A DNA stretch of 64,000 nucleotides from Lama guanicoe. Taxonomy: Eukaryota. Made by a program: the position numbers and the translations under genes. Location of the stretch: the NCBI GenBank assembly GCA_013239625.1, contig MU053559.1, forward strand, positions 3,226,607-3,290,606, written 5' to 3'. Below are positions 1 to 11,200 of this stretch, in pieces; the first letter of the stretch is position 1; the number at the start of each line of letters is the position of its first letter. The notes below the pieces were generated by a model. It ran no database searches. It saw nothing but the letters and a program-made list of their open reading frames with translations, and was not told the DNA's origin.

Positions 1-200
1 GCCTCTCAGTTGGAGAGGGGAGACCCAGCGAGCGAGCGCCAGTCCTCCTTTGCCGCTCCCTCCCCGCGGGACCCGTCCCGCGCTGCTTTGCCTTTTGTTC
101 TTTCTTTTTTCCTTTTCTCCTACCAGATTTTTGGCGTCTTTATCTTTTGAAGAGGGCGATGTTCTGTCGGAGTTCCACAGGTGCTCTGGTTGGCTGAGTG
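1..200. promoter_or_regulatory. Edge of a CpG/GC-rich segment at the window start
   Basis: Dense CpGs (gcgagcgagcgcc, ccccgcgggacccgtcccgcgc) against an otherwise CpG-poor, AT-rich intron; cut off by the window edge. Confidence 0.5.
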
Positions 201-908
201 GGTCTGTAGATGTGGGTCTTGGTGTATTTGTGGGAGAGGGTGATTTACGAGCATCCTTCTACTCCTCCATCTTGCCTCTTCTCTCCCTATTTTCATTTAT
301 TTTTGAATTTTCAGAGCCTAGCACAGTGCCTGACAGATAGCAGGTGCTCAGCAATGTATACTGAGTGGATTTGTAAGAATATTATTGAGTCTTTCCTAAA
401 GACTTTTTGCTTTAGTGCCAGTACATTATAATTCTTTGGAGGTACCCTACCCCGTTTTGCAATTATTTGCATATAGTCTCCCTTACTTGACTGTGTAATC
501 CTTGTAGCTGGATAGATATTTTATTGAATGTTGTGCCCTCCACATAGAGCTTTGAACTTAGCAGGTGCTCTGTAACTGGGTTGGTCTGTGTTACTTTGCT
601 TTTGATAAAGGAGCCTTTCTGTATCAAGTATCCATTTTGTGATCTCAGCTGTTGATGCACTTGTGGGAAGTAAATAATATACTTTGAAACCAGTAGGATA
701 ATCCAGTGTACAGGGGAGTCCTGTTTATTGAGTAATTATTAGATTTACAGAATAGATTCTTTTGATTGGAGGAGAACAGAAAAGGCATCGTATCTAAGCA
801 TTTTCTTCTGACTTTTAGGTGGAGTCCAGCCTTTTAAAATACGTAATATTTAAAAATGATGGCATGAGAGAGTGTTTTTGCCTCAGTTCTCATATTATTC
901 CCTTCAAA

Positions 909-990
909 TATATATATATATATATGTATATATATGTATATATATATATATATATATAAAATATTTGGTAAATTATGTATGTGTGTGTAC
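909..990. repeat. (TA)n/(TG) microsatellite
   Basis: Direct tatatata... array. Confidence 0.95.
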
Positions 991-2849
991 ATACATATAT
1001 TTACCAAATATTTTTCCTTTATCTTTTATAGGTGCTGTTTTTCTTTTGCATCTTTAATATTGAATATTTGAATATTCATTTTTCTTTATTCAGTTTATGA
1101 AACCCCATGATTAGCAACATGACTTTGGTTGGATAGGTTGACCCCTTCTTCTAGACCTAATTATTTTTCCGAGAAGTCTGATTTTAAGCGGTGGGTCTGA
1201 AGCTCCTCTCTTAGTAATATCAAGTGTTTTTAAATTGCCTTGCTCAATAGATTCCATAAGGATGTGAAAAGACAATTTTAGACGTGGCTTTGACAGTATT
1301 TTTAAGCTTCCAGCTTTGCATCCTACACTGATTTATATATTATTCAGTATTTTTATACATTCATTTTCTCTCCAAAGTGCTGTTATATATACATAATTGT
1401 CTTAATCCTTTAAATAGTGCTGCACTGTCCTGTGGTTAGCAAGTGTTGATTTTCTGATTTTTGCTAAAAGGTTAACCAGGGAACAAAGAGTTTAAGTGGT
1501 TTGTACCAGTTATATGGTTAATTAGTGATAAAGCTGCAAGAAGAATGTTCTAGCATGCCAGTCACATCTTTTTCCCCTTTTATACATCATAAAATCAGGT
1601 CTTTAGAAGCAGCAGACAAGTAAACATAAATTTGATGAATGCCTTTGTTGTCCATATAGGTGCATTCATCTTAAACCCTAGATTTAGTTATGAAAATTGG
1701 AGCATAAATTATAAATAGATTTATGAGGGTAATATTTTTATTATACAAAAAATTTCTAGAAATCATCTTTCTGTAATTTGTATTTTTTGTCATTTATTAA
1801 TTGAACTTAACTTTATTGACCATCTCTTGTGTGCAAAAAGCTAAATGAGATTCAGATTCATATAACTTGAATTTTCTAAAATAAGATGTGCCTATTTAAA
1901 CCCAGTATCCATAGGAACATAAATTTATCAAAAAAAAAAGTGAGGGAAAAAAAGGAGAATTTGGAGTGAGATTAAACTTAGGCATTGATATTTAGATGAA
2001 CCTCTCCACCTTCACAATCCCAATTAAAATGATTGCAACATTTTTAAATATGGAGAAAGCATATTAGTGTTGAAGGCCAGGGAGGAGGTCCATCTTCATG
2101 CTACAAACTGAAGAATTTCCACTAGATATGGTTCAGCTGAAATCACATTGACAAAATATCTCAAAACCAACTTGCAACTTCCCTTCCAGGGAAAGTGACA
2201 AGAATCGAGTTGGGGGGTTAGGACAACCTGTAGGGGCTTGCACTTGGCTTCTTTTCGCAGCTCTTGATGGATGAAGAGTGTCACTAGGTGGCCCAGGAAT
2301 AGTCACACTGGGGGAAAAAGCAGGCCCCACACGAGGGCATTTGTCTGACGCGACAGGCAAGGCACACGAAGGGCTGGCTGTACATGCTCTGTTCCTGGAG
2401 TGGAGGTCAGGTCAGTTTATAAAATGTCTGTATGGCCAGATTTGAAGTTTTTCCTGCAGGGGACTCTCCATGGCTCCAGCTCCCTCCCTGCTTCTCTTAA
2501 CTCGCTGTGTATGAATTTCTATCAACCAGCTTCCCACTGAGAGGGGAAATCAGAACATTTGAGTGGACAGTGACTGAAGGGGAAGAAGACCTGCCCACCC
2601 TATTTTTAGAAAACCACCAGCCTGGATAGACTGTTCTTTGTTCAAGAATGAACAAAGAAACCCAACATGAGGTTTCTGAAAAGGCTCTGCAGCATAAATG
2701 GAGGAGAATATAGTATTTAAGAGACAGAGGAAGAAAAATATTTATTTTAGAAGTATGTTTTCTAGAGGAAAATGAAGATTTGGGAGAACAGTTTGCTTGA
2801 TGCTTTCTGTTGAGTGCAAGAGAGGATACAAAACAAAGTAAGCAGTTAA

Positions 2850-3750
2850 AGCAAACTGATGTAAAGGCTGGAAGGAGAAAAGAGAACAAGAGAAGACATT
2901 TCAAATATTGCTGAATGAGACTGCAGGGGAAAAGGTGACAGGAGCTCGCTGAAGGCAGAAACGTGAGGAAACTAAAAAAGAAATGCATTATATGTAGTAA
3001 AGAAAAACACTGAAACTGGAGATGAGTGATAGAAAAGGCAAACTTGAGAAATTCTCCCCAAATGCAGAGGACAAGATCAGATATAAAAGCAGTGAGCTAG
3101 GTAATGAAAGGCTGGGCAGAGGCTGGAGCTCTAATACATAGACAATTGTTCCTCAAAAATGAGAAGCTAGATTAAAAGCAATCGAATCAGTTAAGCATGC
3201 CATAAGAAAATAATAAAAACAACTTTCTCCGCTATGAAAAGACCTATCTGCAGACCAAATGCTTCCTGTGTACCAAAGAAAATAACAAAAAAAGAGACCA
3301 ATAATTAGATAAGAGTCTGGCAATTTTTATGTTAATTTCAAGGAGAAAGTAAACCAGGCATCCTGACAGAAAAAGTAGTTTAACCCCCAAAGAAGGAGAC
3401 GTTGACATCAGAAGTCTGCAGTGTTAAATGCCAGAAGACAATGAAGCAGTGTCTATAACTTTTAGGGGGAAATGTTTGTGACCCAGAAATTCTAGACTCA
3501 GCCAAGGTGTTATTTATTAGTGAAAGCACCGGAAAGATATTCTCAAATACATACTTTCTCACAAATATGCCATCCACATACCTTTCCTGAGAAAGTCGCT
3601 CGAACATGTACTCCATCCAATTATAAAGCAAATTAAACAGTTCAGTCATGAAATAAAAGGATTAGTGGTGAGCAATGGAAACAAACTTATAAATAATTAC
3701 AAAATATAAATAAAGTTGAAAGCAGAATGTAAGCATTTAAAATATTTATT
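2850..3750 (+). mobile_element. Ancient L1/HAL1-like ORF1 relic
   Basis: A-rich strand bias; 'acccagaaattctagactcagccaaggtgttattt' (~3481) resembles the ORF1p P-R-I-L-Y-P-A-K-L motif. Boundaries approximate. Confidence 0.5.
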
Positions 3751-5777
3751 GGAAGATAAAAGAATAACAAACAATGATAACCTGCCAAATACAAGATAGG
3801 GATATAAAAATGAAAATACATTCTTTGTGTCTATTCAGGTGAGTTCCAGTAGATGTTGATTTTGAGAACTGAGCCTTGAACTGACAATGCTTTACAAATT
3901 AAAAATAACAATGAATAGGGTTGACATCTTTCTCAATCAAGAGGAAGAAAAGCTCATTATATCATCTTTCTCTAGGACCCGTAAAAATTGCTTAACTCTG
4001 CTTCATATATATATAATACTTGGTGTTTTTAACTAGGTTTTTTTTTAAAAAAAAGACTTTAAGTCTAAAAATAAAATAAAATAAAAAAAAGACTTTTAAG
4101 TCAAAATACTCCAGAACATGAACATTGGCTATAGATGGGTGGTGGGATTTTGTGGCATATAAATCTTCAGTGAGTATGGGCATGAAAACATATGCATTTT
4201 TAAGAAGGATATATAATTTGACATAGTCAGGAAAACATGACTTTTTAAAATATATGTAATTTGACATAGAATCGCAATTATGTTAAGGAAAGACTTTAAC
4301 AGGACAGTGGGTTCTAGGTAGTAGAGATACTCTACACTCCTTTCTGTTCCTATTTTCATATTTTTGAAATGCATATGTATTAATTTTTACAATGAGAAAG
4401 TAAATTCATTAAAAGAAAAAATCCTATAGATACAGCAGAGTTATAATTAAGGCAGATTTATAGCACTGAATGCTTTGTTCTTTCCTTCCAAATTAAAAAT
4501 AAACCAAGCATTTAACTTTAAGGCATTTAGAGAAGGCACCTAAGGGGGAAAAAAAAACCGCACATCTGAGAGATGAAGGAAAAAATTAATACACTTAAAA
4601 GCAGGATTTTTATAAATCAGTAAACAGATAGATTTGAACAAGTATTCAAAGAGCTGAGTCTAATAAACAACAGAATTAACACACTTCTAGCTTGTTTGCT
4701 CGGGAAAGCAAACAAAATTACACAATATATTTAAATCAAATTCAGACGAAGTAAAATGTACTACTTATGCTACTTATGAAGTGAATATTATAGTAAATAT
4801 TAATTAACAAAATTTTTTCAAGGTGTACAATGCTGGAATTGGCTAATAACTATGGAAGTATTAGAGAAAACTTCCAAAGAACTACTACAGTTGTTAAAGT
4901 ATGGTCTCTAAGTACTAGGACTGTGAACTTTTTTCCTCCACTTTGTGCTCTTTAGTAGTCTCAAAACTTCTACAATAAGCAGGTACTCATTTTGAAGTCA
5001 GATGTGAATAAAGACCAACTAAAAAAAGCAGAATCCCCCATCTCCCAAGACAAAGTGGGCAGTTTGTTCCTTTTGAGCTTTAAAGGTAGAAATAAGCTGC
5101 CTTTCTCAAGTTTAAGTGAGGCGAGATACTGACGTGCAGTGAAAGGACCGCCAAGGTTCAGGGAGCCCGTTAATGGGCCTGAGAGGTCCGGTGACTCTGG
5201 GCTGACCGATGGCCCGGGGACCACTAACGGCAAATTGAATTTTTAGATCACCGGCTGCCTTCACGGCTCTCTGATGCCTCCAGAACGGGAGAGTAGACGC
5301 ACCAATTGCCATACAGACACACGGATTCTTGGATGCTAAGTAATTATTCTTTGAGATTCTGTGGAGTATCTATCACTATAGTAGAAAACTGTTGACAAAA
5401 TGCTCAAACTTTACACATCTGGATCACAACTTTTGTTTTTGTTTTATGGGGTTTTTTGGTGTGTTTTTGTTTTTTGTTTGTTTGTTTTTTACTAGTAACA
5501 TGAATAGATGAAATGTTCTTTACTTCATGAAATAAGTCAAGGAAGATGGTAATTTTTGCCTTAGGCCACTCTGGATATTACTACACTCAGAGGAGACTAT
5601 ATTTGCTCACTCCCATTCCTGAAGAAATAAAGCTAAATGATGGCAGGGCTCTCTCCTGCAGGTCAGAAGCTCTGCAGAGGATGGTCTGTGCATCTGCCAT
5701 CAAAACTGTAGGGTGAGAGGAGCAGGTAAGAAGTGTTTCTCCATATGAAAAGGAGATCTTTACTTTTTTGGAAAGGA

Positions 5778-5827
5778 AACTTACTTTAATTATACTATGT
5801 GTAACTTACTTTAATTATAATATGTGT
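5778..5827. repeat. 25-bp tandem duplication
   Basis: aacttactttaattatactatgtgt followed by aacttactttaattataatatgtgt (1 mismatch). Confidence 0.9.
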
Positions 5828-6799
5828 ATCTCCTGTTTATCTTATTGATCGTGCACTTTAAAAGGCAACCGTTCGTTCACATCCGTTTTTAAAATGCCCA
5901 CTTGGTGATGTCACTCTGCTCCGATCAGATTAATAACGTTTTGTTCTCCATGGATCTTAGGTTGTGAGAACAGTAAATGAAAGAGGATGTCAGAAGGTGA
6001 CCAGTAGAGATAGGTACCACATGTGATGAGGGCATTGCAAAAGCAAGAGTGTGACTAAGGTCACGTTTCCCAAGCTCGTGTTTCCAGAGAACTTGAGTGC
6101 ATTGAATTGTGCCTCAAGTTAATCAAACTAATCTAGAAGTAACTTTGAGAAACACCTTCTTGGGTATTTGTGGCACACATTAGCATATCACAGGACATAT
6201 GAGATTAAAAAAAAATCTGTGGAACTTTGTACAACTCATTACTTACCAAAAATGTGCCCAGGAACCCTCTTTTCTAAAATCCTTTCTTGAAAGTCCAGGT
6301 CTCCAGGGACACGCTATGAGCAAGGTCTATTTAAAATGTACATTAAATGGAAAAAAAACTTTCTTAACTCAGAACATTGGCTTAATTCTTAAAGATTTTC
6401 TGTCTTGGAAAATATAATCAAATCGCATCTTCCACATTGTATCAACTTCCCTTGTTCTACTAAGGAAAGTGAAGCAGTTCAGCTACAGCTTTCTCAGACT
6501 TTACTCTTCTCAAAAGACTGGATTCCCAGCAAAGGGGCAAACCTATGGTCTACTCAGTGTTATTTATAGGAAATAGGAACTGTCAAGTTCCTGGTGGGGC
6601 TTGATCTTTTTTTCCCCCTTTCTTTTATTACAGATCACATCTCAGGGCAGAGTATTGGTGGCCTTTAAACCTTCCTTTGCCTTATAAATTAAAGAAGAGT
6701 GCTAGAACTGTGATGGCTTATTATCTGTTCTCTTACTAATATCTGCCCCCTTGCCCCAATATTATCATTTACTGCCAGATGTCAGTGAAGTCAAGTATC

Positions 6800-7110
6800 C
6801 ATGCATATGTTAATTCAAGAAATCTTTGCTGAGCGCCTGCTCTGTTCCAGGCACTCTTCTAACTTCGGGTGTATGTACAGTATAAACAAGTATGACAAGC
6901 TTATAAACTTACAATCTAAGAGGGAGAGATAACGAATGAACACATGTATCAGTTCACAACACAGTCTCTGACAGGCCTAAGCAATATGATTAAATCAATC
7001 TAACAGGCCAGGGATTTTTCTTCCTCCCAGGTGAGCGAGCCCTGCAGACTGGTGGTCAGGGAGGGCTGCTCTGTGGAGTCGGCTTTTGAGCTGAGACCCA
7101 AATGGTGAGG
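6800..7110 (-). mobile_element. L2 3' fragment
   Basis: 'taattcaagaaatctttgctgagcgcctgctctgttccaggcact' is a typical reverse-complement L2 3' end. Confidence 0.65.
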
Positions 7111-7669
7111 AAGCAGTTGATTTTTGTAGATCCACATAAATGGGCACAGAAGAAACTAGAGAAGTCTGGAAGATTCTAGGCTTCTTTTCATCAGTTTAGT
7201 TTTCGAGAGTAAAAGAGATTTCCCATTTTGAAAGTGGAATGTCTCCTCCAGCAGTGAGACTCCGGGATTTTAGTGTGTGCTTTGGCTGGCAAAGTCAAAT
7301 TTCCTCACTTGAATGTCTTCCTTAAGATGTGGGTTCATTTTAATTTCTCAAGGAGGACGGCTGTTTGCCAAGTGGGCAGCTGAAGCTCTTCTGTTTCCAT
7401 CCTTCTGGAGAATGGTATTTCTAAGTGTATACATTTGAGCCTTGTTAAGAATTAGAGCATTCTGAATGAAGAGTTGCTATTACATGCTAGTTAGCGGAAG
7501 AGCTTTGGAATTATACGAGTCTTAGGAGTTGAGTTCAGTTCAGATTCAAAACTCGTCTCAGTGGTTCTAAAATTCAACAGATTTGGCTCCTATCACACTA
7601 AACTCCCCCAGACACCTCCCCCCTGCCCTGGCACATTATGACTATTAACTAATTCTTCTCGAAATTGGT

Positions 7670-8253
7670 TTCTTCTTAGATGAAAAGCTACTGTTGGTTT
7701 ATCTTTAGAAATACAAATTTACAAGTTGAACAGTCACTGACTTTACAAACTTAACAACAAACTATATGAGTTATAGAATTCCTATAATAACAAAAACATT
7801 TGGGGAATAAACGGAACAAATCACCTAGCTCACTTTCAAAATTCAACATTCCTTGCTGTCTTTTTTCTTTAAAAGACAGGTAGGAGGGTGACTTTATTTG
7901 CTAACTACTCAAAAATGCAGGCTGCAGAGAACGGGGTTTGGATTAGCAAACTTGAGCCCGATGGAACTCTTTCTTATTTTACCGGCTATGCTGGCTGGCA
8001 CAATCGGGCTTGGAAGGCAAACCCCTGATGACATCAACCAGCAGTTCCCCTCAGCCCTCCTCCCATCCCAGTGCACCGCAGCCTACCAGTCACAAGAAGT
8101 CTTCTGAAGAGGTTTTGAGGAAAACATCTTGTCCTGGTTTTCTCTGTTCCACGGGGCTTGCCGAACATATCCTTGACAGGCAGAGTTCAAACCGAGTCTG
8201 TTGTCAGGCTGCTGGTCTCCCTTTCCTGGAAGACTCCTGACTGTGCCCTCTGT
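7670..8253 (-). other. Putative 3' UTR of the TATDN2 retrogene
   Basis: Follows the stop codon. Minus-strand AATAAA at 7898-7893 is followed by an A-rich stretch (~7870-7861); a second GATAAA-like end lies near 7700. Confidence 0.5.
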
Positions 8254-10098
8254 TTAAATATTATAGAGGTTAGTAGTGTTCTTGCGTAAGGTGGCCAAGA
8301 TGTGGGAGACTGGCTGATCTTTGATTTTGGCAATCTCCCGAATGGTATGCAGGGCCAGGCCTGGGTGGGCAAACTGGCACAGGCTCTTGGGAACACCACG
8401 AGGGAGGAAGTAGGGAGCATCTGTCTCCACGATGATTCTTTCCAGCGGGATCTTCTTCAGAGCCTCCCGTACGTCCCAGGCAGAAGAGTAAGTCAGGACA
8501 GCCGTGAAGCCCACAGACATGTTGGGGAAGTACTCCAGAAGGGGCTCGATGACTGAGTAATTGCCAGTGAAGCAATGCCTGTGGATCTTGTAATCAGGGG
8601 GCACAATTTTTTTCATGATGCTCAGCAGATCTTTGTCAGCTTCTCGGCAGTGGATCACCATGGGCTTCTTTAGAGACATGGCCAGCTGCAGCTGTCTCTC
8701 AAATATCTTGTGCTGCTGAGGGACAGGTGTGGTGCACTTGTAAGAGTAATCCAAGCCAATTTCTCCAAAGGCTATAGCCTTGGGGTGCTGTAGGGCTTGC
8801 AAAATGCTTCTCTCTTGATTCTCATTGTAGTAACGTGCAAAATGAGGGTGACAGCCGAAGGCCCCCCAGATCAGATCCTCTTTCAGCAGCTCCTCCCATA
8901 GGCCATCCCTTAGTGTGCGAGGATCACAGAAATCAGAGATGCAGCCGTGAAATTCCTTAGGGAAGGAACGGCTATAAATTTTTCTGAACTTTTCAAAGGT
9001 TCCTTTGAAAGACAGCTTGGAGTAGAGCATGTCCAAGTGACAGTGGGTGTCGATGAAACCCTCCTGCCGGCTCTGCTCCCATTGGCTCTTTGGCCGGGAA
9101 TAAGACTTAGAATCTCCCCAAGGACTTGACGGTAGCTCCTCTCGGAGTTGCTGTGTCCACTCCTTCACCTTTGCTTTTGAACTTCTGGAGAAGCAAAGTG
9201 AATGAGGATTTGGAGACTGATCTTCCCCTGCCGCCTTCAGGTCTCTGGACCAGTCTGGGGAGCGCACTGTAGACCTGAAGGAAAAATCCCTCCAGAGGCT
9301 CTGGCTGCTCGACACTGCGTGGAAGCTGCTGCCGCTGCTGCTGCCCAAGGACGGATATAAAGGAAGCGTGGAGCTGCTGGTCCAGGAGCTGCCAGGGTTC
9401 TGCCAAGGACCACCGTACAAATTAGGCCAGTACGTGGCCTGGTCAACTGTGAAGGATGAAGGCGCTGAAATACTGGAGAAGCTGGGTGGGAGTGGCTTCT
9501 CCTGAGGTAATGTGAATGAGAAAACGTCACCCACATCAGGCCAGCCACTTCCTGAAGAAGCGCGCTCAGTTACCACACTCCTTTCTGTGTGCTTTTGGTT
9601 TTCTGAAGGATAGTCATGTCTATCTGGAAATTGCAGGGCTGGAGAGACTTTTTCAAAAAGGGATCCCTTTCGGCCACTGAGTAGCGTCTCGTGGGGTTTG
9701 TCCCCGGGATATGTCTTTGCTCTGCTGTCAGAGAAATCGCTGATCCTGATCTTCTCCCCTGTGACCTCTGGGGCTGACGTTTCCTTTATTTGAGGAGAAG
9801 CAGAGAAGGAAAGAGCCCAGGCCGGTCCATCAGGGCTGGGATGCTGCCCTGTGCTCCATGTTGTACTAGTGGCCTCCTCTTCTGGCCTCGATATTTCCAG
9901 GATGCCCTCGATCGCCTTCACTAAGCTCATTGAAGAGTCTTCATCTTGCTGTCCATTGCTCTTTCTCCAGCCCTTGCTTGCTTCCTCAGTCATATTATTT
10001 TGACCCTCGGCTGTGGCTACAAATTCAGAGTCTGTGGAGTCACAGGAACTTTGTTGGAAATGAACCTTAAATCTGTAGGCGTTCTCGTGAGAAGCCAT
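8254..10098 (-). CDS. TATDN2-like: TATDN2-like TatD-family nuclease; intronless retrogene, 614 aa
   Basis: Single uninterrupted ORF. The C-terminal TatD domain (~9060-8257) has DTHCH, GCHPH, GEIGLD, VIHCR, HCFTG and ETDAP motifs. The N-terminus MASHENAY...NNMTEE matches the internal MASLEEEA...NDTIEE segment of TATDN2 as recalled. Strong Kozak context GAAATGG. The parent gene is multi-exon, so this copy is retroposed. Confidence 0.93.
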   Translation of the reverse strand: MASHENAYRFKVHFQQSSCDSTDSEFVATAEGQNNMTEEASKGWRKSNGQQDEDSSMSLVKAIEGILEISRPEEEATSTTWSTGQHPSPDGPAWALSFSASPQIKETSAPEVTGEKIRISDFSDSRAKTYPGDKPHETLLSGRKGSLFEKVSPALQFPDRHDYPSENQKHTERSVVTERASSGSGWPDVGDVFSFTLPQEKPLPPSFSSISAPSSFTVDQATYWPNLYGGPWQNPGSSWTSSSTLPLYPSLGSSSGSSFHAVSSSQSLWRDFSFRSTVRSPDWSRDLKAAGEDQSPNPHSLCFSRSSKAKVKEWTQQLREELPSSPWGDSKSYSRPKSQWEQSRQEGFIDTHCHLDMLYSKLSFKGTFEKFRKIYSRSFPKEFHGCISDFCDPRTLRDGLWEELLKEDLIWGAFGCHPHFARYYNENQERSILQALQHPKAIAFGEIGLDYSYKCTTPVPQQHKIFERQLQLAMSLKKPMVIHCREADKDLLSIMKKIVPPDYKIHRHCFTGNYSVIEPLLEYFPNMSVGFTAVLTYSSAWDVREALKKIPLERIIVETDAPYFLPRGVPKSLCQFAHPGLALHTIREIAKIKDQPVSHILATLRKNTTNLYNI

Positions 10099-10535
10099 TT
10101 CTTCTAGAAAGAGTTTGGCGGAGCACGAAGGGGATGGCGCTGAGGGGATTCCACAGACGACAGGAACCCCGAGTGCTCAGAATCAGGCAGTCTTGGGAGG
10201 CTGCTCCACCCACACCCGAGCCTGAAATGGGAGGAGGAGGAGCGGGAGGAGGATGAGGAGCAGGAGGAGGGCGAGGAGCAGGAGGAGGGCGAGGACGAAT
10301 TTTCCTGTCAGGATGAGCCCTAGGAAACCTCGGCTTGAAAGTCAGAAGGTCCTCTTTCTGGGCTTTCAGGCACCTGGGGACGCCAGTCCCTCCCGATGCA
10401 GAGCTGTAAGATGGCCGACTGAGGGGAGGAGGGGCGCGTCACCGGACTCCCCAGACGCTTCCGCGTTTGCTAGGGGCCCGTACCGAAGTGCCGCTCCTGT
10501 GGTAAGCGGCCTTGCGCCGCCCACACGGCTGAGGG
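10099..10535 (-). pseudogene. Decayed, frameshifted homologue of the TATDN2 N-terminal coding region (now 5' leader or intron)
   Basis: Minus-strand frames give [36 protein letters not shown] and LEE-M, matching recalled TATDN2 RLKAQKED, GPGVGGAASKGCLIRNTRG, GFLSSGGSP and LEEM, but spread over different frames. An in-frame TGA lies 27 codons upstream of the ORF start and the ancestral ATG is absent. Confidence 0.8.
10230..10295. repeat. (GGA)n-like purine tract with a duplicated gaggagcaggaggagggc unit
   Basis: Visible directly; its position corresponds to the parental poly-Ser codons. Confidence 0.85.
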
Positions 10536-11200
10536 ACCCTCCTCCTTTCTTTCACTCACCCATCGCCGTTCTCAGTGTTTCAGAGATGTCAAAAGTCCGT
10601 CCACTGGGTTTGTGACCGCAAAGCGACTCGGAAAAGTCACAGAGATCCAAGGCGTACTAACGCTCGGTATGGCGTCCGAGCCCTCAGTGAGCTTCTGCGA
10701 CTACCGAGCACTTTCTTTGAGGGCACAGGTCTACTTCCGGGCCATCAAGCTGCTTCCGGGACTAGAAATGTCGATTCGGTTTGGACTATACGGCCCTCGT
10801 GAGATGTCACGACAGGCTTTGAAAAGGCTGCCAGGTGCTTTAGGGACCCCACACAGGGTCCCCTGAGGTGGACCGCTGGTCTAGAGGTCCAGGCTGCCGA
10901 GGGTGTGCAGGAGGGCAGGGCCGAACCCAGCCATGGAAGGGGAGGGGGCAGATGCCGCTCACCACGCCCCTCACCCCAGGNNNNNNNNNNNNNNNNNNNN
11001 NNNNNNNNNNNNNNNNNNNNNNNNNNNNNNNNNNNNNNNNNNNNNNNNNNNNNNNNNNNNNNNNNNNNNNNNNNNNNNNNNNNNNNNNNNNNNNNNNNNN
11101 NNNNNNCTCAAGTCGGTTCCTTCTTACCCACAGCTGCCCCCCGCCCCTCGCGATCCTACATCCCGACCAGCCCGCCACTGGAACCGCCACCATGGCTTTC
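10380..11200 (-). promoter_or_regulatory. CpG island / candidate promoter of the retrogene
   Basis: High GC and CpG density; ETS/GABP motifs ACTTCCGG (10733-10740) and CTTCCGG (10753-10759); YY1-like AAGATGGCCG (10408-10417). Confidence 0.7.
10981..11106. other. Assembly gap (126 N)
   Basis: Run of n bases. Confidence 1.

Noticed and set aside
10253..10615. 120-aa Arg-rich + strand ORF (MRSRRRARSRRRAR...), superficially protamine-like
   Set aside because: By-product of the GGA repeat and GC-rich antisense of the decayed TATDN2 sequence; no independent support.
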